Shown here: one piece after another, positions 27,012 through 36,037 of the stretch
Numbering within the stretch: position 1 is the first letter of the stretch
How the letters are laid out: every line of letters starts with the position of its first letter
DNA from: an uncultured Persicitalea sp.
GTDB lineage: Bacteria; Bacteroidota; Bacteroidia; Cytophagales; Spirosomataceae
NCBI GenBank assembly: GCA_950075905.1
Contig: CATMVR010000001.1
Location: forward strand, 1-57,527
Reading direction: 5' to 3'
DNA: 57,527 bases
Notes under the pieces: model-generated
The model's database searches: none
Told to the model about the DNA's origin: nothing
What the model saw: the letters and a program-made list of their open reading frames with translations, nothing else
Program-made: the position numbers and the translations under genes

Positions 27012-27742
27012 ATGCGAATGGCTTTCACCAGTTTTTCCAGTTTGGTTTTGGCAAACCAGCCCGAGGTCAGGATACCTTCCCGACCCTCTCCCCTTTCAAT
27101 GGTCCGGATAATCTTGTTGGCCAGCTCGGTGTTGGGCTCAATGTCCCCGAAGCTTTCTACGGGAAGCCGGCATCTTCCGGCTACATCCAGCAGCTCCTCC
27201 TTCTGCTGCGGAAAGGTCTGGAAGGTATTGGCATTGATCCAGACCACCAGCTGGAAGTGGCTGCCAACGGCCTGGTATATCTTCAGAAGGTAGTCCATGC
27301 AGGCGGTATAGGCGGTTCCTCCGGCGATGACAACGTGAAATACAAAGACACTGCCCAGGTATTGCTCGAATTCCTTAAGCTCCTCCTGGTTCAAATCAAG
27401 AGTGAGCAGGGCCGGCATCTGTTCGGATTCCGGTGCCCCGAAGTCCAGGTAGAACACCTGGTTCTCCAGTTCCGAAAGCTGTTGAAGACTGTCGAACAAC
27501 CGGTCCCGGGCGATTTTCCGGTACCCGTCCAGCAGATCAATTTCGGCCAGGCGTCTTTCCTTTCGGGCCAGGAAGCGGAGCTGGGCCTTGCTGGTTTTGG
27601 TGGAGCTGTCCACGTCAATGAACGTGCGGCTAGCGTCCTCCTCGTGCTTGACGGCGATCAGGTAGGTCAGAAACGACTTGCCCACTCCCCCCTTGGCCTG
27701 GATGATGAAATTAAATACCTTCCCCACCGGTTGCTGTTCCAT
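27008..27742 (-). CDS. traA: ParA-like ATPase TraA (first gene block of the transfer operon)
   Basis: 244 aa with deviant Walker A IIQAKGGVGKSF. It is at the head of the tra operon, as in CTnDOT. Confidence 0.78.
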   Translation of the reverse strand: MEQQPVGKVFNFIIQAKGGVGKSFLTYLIAVKHEEDASRTFIDVDSSTKTSKAQLRFLARKERRLAEIDLLDGYRKIARDRLFDSLQQLSELENQVFYLDFGAPESEQMPALLTLDLNQEELKEFEQYLGSVFVFHVVIAGGTAYTACMDYLLKIYQAVGSHFQLVVWINANTFQTFPQQKEELLDVAGRCRLPVESFGDIEPNTELANKIIRTIERGEGREGILTSGWFAKTKLEKLVKAIRI

Positions 27743-27748
27743 ACTGAC

Positions 27749-28180
27749 CTAGTTCTTGTTGGCTTGTGCCCATTTGATGTTGCTCTGCTGCCTGATGAAC
27801 TCCTCGGAGAAGACATCCAGGGGTTTGAACCCTTCCAGCCCCCGCACGATGCTAGGGGGAGCTGCCGACTCGGTTCCGCTTCCGGTCCCCGGGCGTTCTT
27901 CGGATGGTATGTACTCTCCCCTCTCCCACTTGGTTCGTTTCTCCTTTTCCCATATTTCGCTTTTTTTCCGTAGTGTTCGGATGGTTTGAATTCCGATGGG
28001 AAGCCCCAGGTCCGTGGTGATGATTTTGGCCGCCCCCACCAGCGAAAGGGTATGAATCTCCGATTGATAGAGTTGATACAGTAAGCACATCCGTCCTTTT
28101 TGAATTCTGTTCTCAATCAGGAAGATCAGCTTTTCCCGGACCTCGGCCCTGGATTGAACTTGTAGTGGCGGTGCATTCAT
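27749..28180 (-). CDS. Hypothetical protein at the head of the tra operon (possible DNA-binding/regulatory)
   Basis: The track ORF starts at a TTG (28213); the first ATG is at 28180 (MNAPPLQVQS..). It is 6 nt upstream of traA. No motif recognised. Confidence 0.45.
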   Translation of the reverse strand: MNAPPLQVQSRAEVREKLIFLIENRIQKGRMCLLYQLYQSEIHTLSLVGAAKIITTDLGLPIGIQTIRTLRKKSEIWEKEKRTKWERGEYIPSEERPGTGSGTESAAPPSIVRGLEGFKPLDVFSEEFIRQQSNIKWAQANKN

Positions 28181-28276
28181 TCGGTCTGCAATCTTTGCCC
28201 AAAGATGAACCAACTTTTATAAATTACAAAATATTAAATCTAAAATATTCTATTTTTTTATTCATTAACATTCTAC

Positions 28277-28367
28277 CAACAGGAGCGTAACACGCCACTA
28301 ACACAGGGGCAACAGGTAAGCAACAGGCTGCTTGGAAAGAGGTGAGGCTGATGGTTTCAAAGCCTCA
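28277..28367. promoter_or_regulatory. Candidate oriT core: three CAACAGG direct repeats plus a 7-bp-stem inverted repeat
   Basis: CAACAGG occurs at 28277, 28310 and 28321. TGAGGCT (28343-28349) pairs with AGCCTCA (28361-28367). The site lies in the 440-bp AT-rich divergent region between the tra operon and mobC/relaxase. Confidence 0.3.
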
Positions 28368-28655
28368 GAATTACGTAGCAAAAGATGATTTATCGCACAG
28401 CCCGGTACTATGAATTGCTGAAAGTTAGGGCCATCTTTTAATCAAAACGGTGTGAGTTTTATTTTTAGAAAAACAATTGTATTAACTAATATAAAATATG
28501 AAATTGCCACTATAAATTTTATAGATTCTGTTTCAGCAAGCTATGTTTTCGCCCGGTTAAAAGTCAACACAGTTGCACTTTACCGGAATGAAAACGGCTT
28601 GCCCTCCGGGAATTAATTCGCCCGGCGGCTCATTTTTAAGAAAATCACATTGGGT

Positions 28656-29219
28656 ATGACGCAGCAAATGAAAGGAAAAAGGCAGGGGAGGCCGAGTCTG
28701 CCCCCGCGGGAGAAACGGCAAAAGGTAACCCTGATGCTCACCCCGGAGGAAACAGAGCGGCTCCGCCGGGAGTACGCGGGTCATAGCGTTGGTTTTTCGG
28801 TTTTCTGCCGCGAGAAACTGCTCAACCGGGAAGCAGTCTCCCTGAGCAAGCCTTTGGACGGGGGAATTCGCAGGCAGCTCACCGACCTCTTGAAATTCTC
28901 GGGCAGTTTGCTTTTGCTGGCGCAAAAAACCAGGGATCATGCGCCTGTCTCGGAGGACTTCCGCCTGATGGCCTCCCAATTGAAGCAGATCGTGCAGCGG
29001 GCGCATTATACGGTGAATGAAATTACCTACAGCCAAAGCTTGGTGTTTGACTTGTATAGGATTTCATTGAAAATGGGAGCAATCATTGGGGTATTCCTTC
29101 ATAATTGTCCGGAAGACGATCAGGTACGCGAACTTGATGATTATCACCAGCAAATGAAGGAGGCCTTGCAAACCTACCTTGACCGGTTCCAACTCAAAAC
29201 CAACGCCCATGATCGGTAA
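28656..29219 (+). CDS. Relaxosome accessory protein (MobC/MobA-type ribbon-helix-helix)
   Basis: KGKRQGRPSLPPREKRQKVTLMLTPEETERLRREY is the typical basic/RHH N-terminus of mobilisation accessory proteins. Its stop overlaps the relaxase ATG. The ATG at 28656 is preferred over the TTG at 28650. Confidence 0.7.
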   Translation: MTQQMKGKRQGRPSLPPREKRQKVTLMLTPEETERLRREYAGHSVGFSVFCREKLLNREAVSLSKPLDGGIRRQLTDLLKFSGSLLLLAQKTRDHAPVSEDFRLMASQLKQIVQRAHYTVNEITYSQSLVFDLYRISLKMGAIIGVFLHNCPEDDQVRELDDYHQQMKEALQTYLDRFQLKTNAHDR

Positions 29220-30555
29220 AATCGCCCGGTCGGGAAGTGATTTCCTGGGAGTCCTCACCTACTGCCAATACGACCGGAAGCCACAAGCGGCACTGTCTGA
29301 ACGCCCGCAGCGAGGTGAGCTGATCTATCATCAGCACATTGATGCCTTTCTGATTGAAGATAATCCCGATCTCGATACGGTCGCCGCAGAACTCCACCGG
29401 GTGGCCTCCCTCAACTCCCGAACCAGGAAACCAGTTTGCCACGTCAGTCTTTCCTTTCCTCCGGGGGAAAAGCCACCTCGTGATGTACTTGCGTCCATTG
29501 TCCTGGACTTTGCCCAGGATTTTGGCTTGTGGGACAACGGACTAGTAGCCTACGTGCACCGTGACAAGCGGCATGAGCACCTTCACATCATCGCCAACAA
29601 GATTGACGAAAATGGGAAAAATACGTTCAAATCCAGCTTCAACTACCTGGACATGGGCCATTTCTGCCGCAAGGCCGAGCACAAGTACGGATTGCAAAAG
29701 GTAAAGCAAATGGATGTCCTGAAATTGGATGGGAAGGAGAACAGGAAGGAGAGCCACCAGCACGAGCACCTGCGAGCCCTGATCGACGATCTGCTGCCGC
29801 AGTCACCTACTTTGCAGGACCTGAGAATCGGCCTTCTTAAGAAAGGCTACAGGTCCCTGGTGGGAAACGGCATCACCTTCATCCACACCGGCAGTGGCGT
29901 GAAAATCAAGGGGTCCGATCTGGGTCGCGGTTACTCCCGGCTAAACCTGGAGAAGCGAATTAAGGGTACCTTTGAAAGCGACGAAAAGAGGAATGGCAGG
30001 TCGGTGAAGCTTTCCGAGGTACAGAAACTCCGGGAATTGATTCGGAGGCTGGTACCCCAATCCACCGATTATGATGACTTTGTCATCAAATTAAACCAGG
30101 AGGGATATGGGGTAATCACCCGCCAGAAGAGAAATCCGAAAACAGGTAACCCCTACACGGCGCTTTTTTTCACGAAAGAGTTTTCTTATCGTGAACCGGA
30201 TCAGTCGAAATATCCCCCCAAAATACTTTCCGGCTATCAATTGGGCCCCGAGTTCAGTTTCCCGGTTCTCATGAGGAACCTCAACCGGCCCCTGTGGGAG
30301 GGAACTAAGGTGGTGCCACCTGTGGTAGTGAGTCATCCTTCCCCGCTACCGGGCACACCGCCCTCATTCGGGCTGAAAAACCTCCTTACCTCCACCAATG
30401 CCAGCCGGGTGGAGGCTGATACGACTCGTAGCCAGCCAAGGCGTGTGCATGATGCAAACCGGCCCGATCCTGAGTTGGAAGGCCGCAGTGAGCAGGAGAA
30501 ATGGGATGAGAAACGCCAAACACTGAAAAACCGGTACCGGCGGCCCCGGATGTAA
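29209..30555 (+). CDS. Relaxase/mobilisation nuclease (MobB-type, PF03432-like)
   Basis: ATG at 29209 (MIGKIARSGSDFLGVLTYCQYD), with the histidine triad motif HRDKRHEHLHIIANKID. Confidence 0.88.
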   Translation: MIGKIARSGSDFLGVLTYCQYDRKPQAALSERPQRGELIYHQHIDAFLIEDNPDLDTVAAELHRVASLNSRTRKPVCHVSLSFPPGEKPPRDVLASIVLDFAQDFGLWDNGLVAYVHRDKRHEHLHIIANKIDENGKNTFKSSFNYLDMGHFCRKAEHKYGLQKVKQMDVLKLDGKENRKESHQHEHLRALIDDLLPQSPTLQDLRIGLLKKGYRSLVGNGITFIHTGSGVKIKGSDLGRGYSRLNLEKRIKGTFESDEKRNGRSVKLSEVQKLRELIRRLVPQSTDYDDFVIKLNQEGYGVITRQKRNPKTGNPYTALFFTKEFSYREPDQSKYPPKILSGYQLGPEFSFPVLMRNLNRPLWEGTKVVPPVVVSHPSPLPGTPPSFGLKNLLTSTNASRVEADTTRSQPRRVHDANRPDPELEGRSEQEKWDEKRQTLKNRYRRPRM

Positions 30556-30576
30556 AAGTGACACCGTGTCACTTTT
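30554..30576. repeat. 23-bp palindrome AAAAGTGACA-CCG-TGTCACTTTT, copy 2 (overlaps the relaxase stop codon, 88 nt upstream of the parA ATG)
   Basis: Identical to 21611-21633. Confidence 0.85.
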
Positions 30577-30663
30577 ATGGAAACATTCTTCAAAATAATA
30601 GTTGGATATAAATGGCTCTTATTTATCTTTACAAAGTCAAGTTTAGAGTTATTCTTATCCTTT

Positions 30664-31620
30664 ATGATCACCCAAGAGAAGATCGTTGACTTCATCCGGT
30701 CGAGGCCCGGACTCAAGATACCTCCGCTCGAAAAGGAGGCTGGTATTCCCCCGCAAACCCTTTCCAAGGCCCTGCTGGCCAATGCCAGCCGGATCCCCGC
30801 CAAGCACTTGCCGGCCATCGAGAAGGTGCTGCGCCAATACGGCTACACGGACGATTTCCGCGAAGAGCAACGTCCGGCGCAGGTGATCTCCATCGTCAAT
30901 CACAAGGGCGGGGTGGGAAAAACCACTACCGTCATCAACCTGGCCAAGGCCCTCAGCCTCTACGGCTTGAAAGTGCTCATGATCGATATGGACTCCCAGG
31001 GCAACCTCTCCCAGTGCTACAATGTCCACGAACCCGAGCAGCAGATCATCGACAGCCTGCTGTCGGACGTACCCATACCAGTGGTGCCCATCGCCGACAA
31101 CCTCTACCTTGCACCCTCCGACATCCGGATGGCCGCCCGGGAGAGCGACCTGACCAACTCCATCGGTTCCGAGCGGAGACTAACCATCAAGATCAGCCAG
31201 ATAAGGGACCAGTACGACTACATCCTCATCGACTGTCCGCCCAGCCTGGGTATCTGCACCACCTGCTCGCTGGTGGCTTCCGACGGCTGCATCGTACCGA
31301 TACAGGCCGAAGCCTCGGCCTACCACGGGGTGGCCAACCTCCTGAACCATATCTCGGACATCCGTACCTACGCCAACCCCCCCCTGAACATCAAGGGGTT
31401 CGTATTCACCATGATCGACAAGCGGCTGAACCTGCATGCTGACATGATGGGGCACATCAAGAATTCCTTCAAGGGCGTGCATATATTCGATACCGTCATC
31501 AGCCAGTCCAAGGCCGTGAAGGAATCGCAGGTCGCCAAGGAGGATCTGTTCACCTGTGATCCCACCTCCGTACCCTGGATCCAGTACAAGACACTCGCTA
31601 CCGAACTTTTAAACCTGTAA
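30664..31620 (+). CDS. parA: ParA/Soj-family partition ATPase with N-terminal HTH extension (type Ia-like)
   Basis: Deviant Walker A SIVNHKGGVGKTTTVINLA. About 75 aa precede it, with an HTH-like segment (EAGIPPQTLSKALLANAS). The ATG at 30664 is preferred; the track start at 30577 lies in an AT-rich leader. Confidence 0.88.
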   Translation: MITQEKIVDFIRSRPGLKIPPLEKEAGIPPQTLSKALLANASRIPAKHLPAIEKVLRQYGYTDDFREEQRPAQVISIVNHKGGVGKTTTVINLAKALSLYGLKVLMIDMDSQGNLSQCYNVHEPEQQIIDSLLSDVPIPVVPIADNLYLAPSDIRMAARESDLTNSIGSERRLTIKISQIRDQYDYILIDCPPSLGICTTCSLVASDGCIVPIQAEASAYHGVANLLNHISDIRTYANPPLNIKGFVFTMIDKRLNLHADMMGHIKNSFKGVHIFDTVISQSKAVKESQVAKEDLFTCDPTSVPWIQYKTLATELLNL

Positions 31621-31623
31621 CAC

Positions 31624-32637
31624 ATGGCAAAGACCCGCGCCCTGGATAAACTGAAAGAAAAGACCGCCGATCTCAAGCCTACGGTATTCACCCAGGAAGT
31701 CTACATCAAGGCCAACCTGATTGTGCTGCCGGAACTCCGGAACCTGATCCCGCCACTGCGGGAGGATGAATTCCAGCAGCTGGAAAGCAACCTTCTGGCC
31801 AACGGCATCAAGGACCCCCTGACCATCTGGGAGACCACGGCTACCGTGGTGGCCGAAGGCCTGGGGCCGGATAGTGCTTCGCTGGATTTGTTGCCAGCCA
31901 AGGACGATTCCAACAAAGTCTATGTCCTCATAGATGGCCACAACCGGTACGACCTGGCGATGGCGCATCGTTTGGACTACCGAATCAACATCATTGACTT
32001 TGAGAGTCTGGACAAGGTCCGCGACTACATGATCAACTTCCAGCTGGGGCGCCGCAACCTCACACCCGAGCAGGCTTCCTACCTGCGGGGGCTGCGCTAC
32101 AATAAGCTGAAGGAAGGAAACCGCTTCGACCGCATCAATGTGGCCCAGCAGCTGGCGGAGGAATACAGCGTCAGCACCCGCACCATCAAGCGCGATTCCG
32201 ATTACGCCAAAGGAGTGGACGGGTTGTCGCCTGAGCTGAAGAACGAGGTATTGGCGGGCAAGGCCAAACTGCCCAGGGCCGCCGCCAAGGCCCTGGCGCG
32301 GGATAAACCCGACAAACCCATCGAGACGCTGGACGAGCTGAACACCGTCCTGGAGAAATTACCGAAGACTTTCCGGAACCTGGATGAATTGAAAGGGCAA
32401 CCGGAAGAGTACAACGATGAGAAATCCCGGCAGATCGATGCCCTCATCAAGGGGGTGGCCCCGGAAAAACAAGCCAGGGGGAAGGATCCGGTAGGAGGGG
32501 AGGGGTCTTCCCGGGGGGAGGCCAGCCAGACGCTACGGCAGGATTTGAAATCGCTCATGGAGCAGGATATTACTAAGAAAGAGGTACTTCTGGCTATCAT
32601 TGACAAGGCCAAAGCCCTGCTGGAAGAATTGGATTGA
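31624..32637 (+). CDS. ParB-like N-terminal (ParB/Srx) domain protein, putative partition/centromere-binding partner
   Basis: It starts 3 nt after the parA stop. It has LIPPLREDEFQQLESNLLANGIKDPLTIWE and IDGHNRYDLA (the ParB-like nuclease-domain DGHxR motif), plus a later HTH-like EEYSVSTRTIKRD. Confidence 0.72.
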   Translation: MAKTRALDKLKEKTADLKPTVFTQEVYIKANLIVLPELRNLIPPLREDEFQQLESNLLANGIKDPLTIWETTATVVAEGLGPDSASLDLLPAKDDSNKVYVLIDGHNRYDLAMAHRLDYRINIIDFESLDKVRDYMINFQLGRRNLTPEQASYLRGLRYNKLKEGNRFDRINVAQQLAEEYSVSTRTIKRDSDYAKGVDGLSPELKNEVLAGKAKLPRAAAKALARDKPDKPIETLDELNTVLEKLPKTFRNLDELKGQPEEYNDEKSRQIDALIKGVAPEKQARGKDPVGGEGSSRGEASQTLRQDLKSLMEQDITKKEVLLAIIDKAKALLEELD

Positions 32638-32645
32638 CAAGCGAC

Positions 32646-32668
32646 AAAAGTGACACGCTGTCACTTTT
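32646..32668. repeat. 23-bp palindrome AAAAGTGACA-CGC-TGTCACTTTT, copy 3 (9 nt after the parB-like stop, followed by a T-run)
   Basis: Both 10-bp arms are identical to copies 1 and 2; only the 3-nt centre differs. It is followed by gcattttttttttg, so it may also terminate the par operon. Confidence 0.85.
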
Positions 32669-32785
32669 GCATTTTTTTTTGTTGGAATTTTTTGTTTTGG
32701 TTAGCTACGAATTATAAATTTAGTATCTCATAAGGTCTTTCGGCTTTATTCAGAAAAATAGTTCGTTCACCAAACGTGTAGGGTC

Positions 32786-33124
32786 ATGTTGTCGAAGTTG
32801 AAACGTGTGGGGGTAATTCTGGGTTGGGTAGTATGGATGCTTTCGTGCGATACCCAGGGTGAAAGCAGTAAAACAAACAATCCTTCCGGAGAATATGTCG
32901 GTACCTGGAAACGGACAAAAGGTGAAAAGACCCTTACCATTTTTGAAAAGAACGACGGCCTGTTTTTGAAGTACCCCAATGGCGGCACATATCCCCTCAA
33001 ATTTGAAACCGAAGGCCGTTATTACTATGCCGTGACCCCGTTGGGTCACGTTCCGTTGCTGCTTGACAAGGGAATTCTGACCATTAACAATGGGTATGAA
33101 TTCAACTACAAGCGCGTCGAATAG
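32786..33124 (+). CDS. Small lipoprotein, hypothetical
   Basis: 112 aa with a signal plus lipobox-like VVWMLSC. No family recognised. Confidence 0.5.
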   Translation: MLSKLKRVGVILGWVVWMLSCDTQGESSKTNNPSGEYVGTWKRTKGEKTLTIFEKNDGLFLKYPNGGTYPLKFETEGRYYYAVTPLGHVPLLLDKGILTINNGYEFNYKRVE

Positions 33125-33163
33125 GGTTTGAGCAATAGAGACATACAAGCGGGCTGGACGGTA

Positions 33164-33589
33164 TCAGGGATCGTTCCTTTCCACCAGCCTCTTCTTGAAT
33201 TCCTGCCGGAAAAGCTCTCCCGATTTTTCAAAATAACCGGGTTCCGACTGCCGGCGGTAAAGGGCCTCGTCTGCCTGCTCCCTGAGCAACCACTGTTGTT
33301 GTTGGGCGGAAATCTCGTGAATCTTTCTAAACTGGGCAGGAATGAATGCAATATTCCGAGCTTTTACAATGGAGGAATCCGTGTTTGTCCACATCCGTCC
33401 TGACTGTTGGAAGGAGTAGGGTACCAGCAAATTGGTGCCGTCCAGCAGCGGCGAACGCAGGTCTTCCAACCGATTTTCATTCACCACTCTTTGCGTTACG
33501 CTCGGATGCCCCTGCTGAGCAAAAGAAACGCCAGTCGCACCAACCTTCAGGGCAATCAGTGCCAGTAGCCATAGGTGTCTTGGTTTCAT
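33164..33589 (-). CDS. Small secreted hypothetical protein
   Basis: The ATG at 33589 gives MKPRHLWLLALIALKVGATGVSFAQ, a signal peptide. The track ORF extends further upstream into AT-rich sequence. Confidence 0.5.
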   Translation of the reverse strand: MKPRHLWLLALIALKVGATGVSFAQQGHPSVTQRVVNENRLEDLRSPLLDGTNLLVPYSFQQSGRMWTNTDSSIVKARNIAFIPAQFRKIHEISAQQQQWLLREQADEALYRRQSEPGYFEKSGELFRQEFKKRLVERNDP

Positions 33590-33675
33590 ACCACTTCGAT
33601 CGCTTAGTAAGTATATTTTGTCAAAGATAAAGTTTTTATAAATTTGCAAAAGTTTATTTTATAAAAACTGATAAG

Positions 33676-35898
33676 ATGGGGGCTACCAATTCAGAAAAAG
33701 AGGGAAGGTCCAAGGGAATAGACCTTATATTTACTCTAGCCCTCCTGGTGGTGTTTCTCCACCACTACTGGTACAGCCATGCACTCTTCACCCAGATTCC
33801 TGCTTTGGGTGGGTTCGATCCCATCGGAATCCTGGACAGAATCCTGGTGAGGCTACACGAGAGGCATCAGCTTTTTATCCATCCATTGATTTCAAAAATT
33901 GCTGCTTTCTTTCTGTTTGTACTTTATGCCATAGGTTCGCGGGGCAAAATTAATCCGGGCCTTTCTGTTCAACGGGTTTACCGGTACGCCGCCATAGGAA
34001 CCACCTTGTACTTTCTGGACACCATTCTCCTTTATATTCCCGGACTCATTTCATTACAGGAATCTGGATTTGTATATGCTCTGCTGGATACCTTGGCGGT
34101 GTTCTGGATCATTAAAGCCGGGCAATATGCCTCTCGAATCATGTTCTTTAAAAACAACAACGATATTTTCAATCATGAGAACGAGACCTTCCCCCAAAAT
34201 GAGGAGTTCAGAGATAATTCTGATTCCATCCATTTCAAGACCCTTTATTACTATCAGAAGAAATGGCGGGACGGCTGGATCAATATCATCAATCCCTACC
34301 GGGCCAACATGATTCTGGGCACACCTGGCTCGGGAAAGTCCTTCGCCATCCTGGTGCCGGCCATATGGCAATCCATCTGGAAGGGCTATACGTCCTATAT
34401 TTATGACTTCAAGTTTCCTACCCTCACCGTGGAGGCCCATAACGCCTACCAGAAGACCCTGCGGGAAAACCCCTGCGTGTGGGGTACTGACCGGCAATCC
34501 AAGGGGCGGATTCCCCGGTTCTGCATCATCAACTTTGACGACATCGAGTACTCGCACCGCTGCAACCCGCTGCTGCCCTCGGGCATGACCGAAATTCTGG
34601 ACGGCTACCAGAGCGCGGCCACCATCATGCTGAACCTCAACCGTACCTGGGTGGACAAGCAGGGGGATTTCTTTGTGGAATCGGCCATCAATTTCCTGAC
34701 TTCGGTCATCTGGTACATGAAGCTCGTAACCATAAAATACACCCGTCTCTGCGAGCAGGAACTGGCCAAGGCACCCGCCGAACGGGATGAGCAGAAGCTG
34801 CTGCTGTACAGGCGCTTCCGAAACGTCTGCACCTTCCCCCACATTCTGGAATTCGCCTGCCAGAAGGACTATAAGGAGATGTTCACCATCATGGCTTCCT
34901 ATCCCCAGCTAGAGGCTTACGTGCGGCCCTTTGCCAGTGCGGCTCAGCACGGAGCTGCCGAGCAGCTGGAAGGGCAGATCGCTTCGGTCCGTATCCCCCT
35001 AGCGCGGCTTTCCTCCGAAACCCTGTACTGGATTATGTCGGGCAATGACTTTAACCTCGATATCAACAATCCCGACGACCCCAAGATACTTTGCACCGGC
35101 AACAACCCCGAGCGCGACGAGGTATATGGTGCGGTCTTCTCGCTGTATACCTCCAAGATGATGAAGCTGGTGAACCGGCAGCACAAGCTAAAATCTGCCC
35201 TTTTCTGGGACGAGCTGCCTACGATGTTCCTCAAAGGTATCTCCTCGCTGATGGCTACGGCTCGCAGCAACCGGGTAGCCACCTGGCTGGGCTTCCAGGA
35301 TTTCGAGCAGCTGGCCACTGGCTACGGGGAGAAGGAATCGAAGGTGATCATGAACCTGCCGGGCAATGTCTTTTCGGGTCAGTTGGTGTTTGAGTCGGCC
35401 GAGAAGCTTTCCCGCCGCTTCGGGAAAACTCAGCAGGAATCGGAGAATGTGACCTTTGGCAAGGAAGACACCTCGGTGACCCTTTCCACCGCCCTGCACG
35501 AGGTCATCCCGGCCTCCAAGATTTCCTCCCTCTCCCAGGGGGAGTTCGTCGGACAGTTTGCGGACAACTTCGGGGAGGAAATCCAGCTCAAAACATTCAA
35601 AGCGGTCATCCGGGTGGACCAGGCGGGCATGAAAAAAAGTACGGATTCCCCTCCTCTGATCAAGAATATCGGGGAACTCGTGAAGCAGTACTATCCCGGC
35701 TCCCACTATGATCCGAAGGATAAGGCGCAGTGGAAAATCCGGCTGCTGGAGGACAACTACCGCTCGATTAAACGAGAAGTAGCAGAGTTGATCCGGTTGG
35801 AATACGAGGAATTCAAAGGAGCGGAGCAGGATGTGGGTAATCCGGGCATTTCAAATCAGAGACAGACGGTAGGAGGAAGGCAGGAACAAAATTGGTAA
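33676..35898 (+). CDS. Type IV coupling protein (TraG/TraD family; Bacteroidetes MobC-type with YWFCY-like N-terminal domain)
   Basis: 740 aa with N-terminal TMs and HHYWYSH (YWFCY-like). Walker A is ILGTPGSGKSFAI and Walker B is ALFWDELPT. Confidence 0.9.
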   Translation: MGATNSEKEGRSKGIDLIFTLALLVVFLHHYWYSHALFTQIPALGGFDPIGILDRILVRLHERHQLFIHPLISKIAAFFLFVLYAIGSRGKINPGLSVQRVYRYAAIGTTLYFLDTILLYIPGLISLQESGFVYALLDTLAVFWIIKAGQYASRIMFFKNNNDIFNHENETFPQNEEFRDNSDSIHFKTLYYYQKKWRDGWINIINPYRANMILGTPGSGKSFAILVPAIWQSIWKGYTSYIYDFKFPTLTVEAHNAYQKTLRENPCVWGTDRQSKGRIPRFCIINFDDIEYSHRCNPLLPSGMTEILDGYQSAATIMLNLNRTWVDKQGDFFVESAINFLTSVIWYMKLVTIKYTRLCEQELAKAPAERDEQKLLLYRRFRNVCTFPHILEFACQKDYKEMFTIMASYPQLEAYVRPFASAAQHGAAEQLEGQIASVRIPLARLSSETLYWIMSGNDFNLDINNPDDPKILCTGNNPERDEVYGAVFSLYTSKMMKLVNRQHKLKSALFWDELPTMFLKGISSLMATARSNRVATWLGFQDFEQLATGYGEKESKVIMNLPGNVFSGQLVFESAEKLSRRFGKTQQESENVTFGKEDTSVTLSTALHEVIPASKISSLSQGEFVGQFADNFGEEIQLKTFKAVIRVDQAGMKKSTDSPPLIKNIGELVKQYYPGSHYDPKDKAQWKIRLLEDNYRSIKREVAELIRLEYEEFKGAEQDVGNPGISNQRQTVGGRQEQNW

Positions 35899-36037
35899 AT
35901 ATTGAATAAGATATTCTGAATATTTATTTGATAATAGCTAATTAATGCCAAAAATTGTACATTTAGCGCATAAAATAAATCAAGTTGTACTCACTCATAT
36001 TCCTGCTTCTATACACATACCTAAATCGATTTGACCC

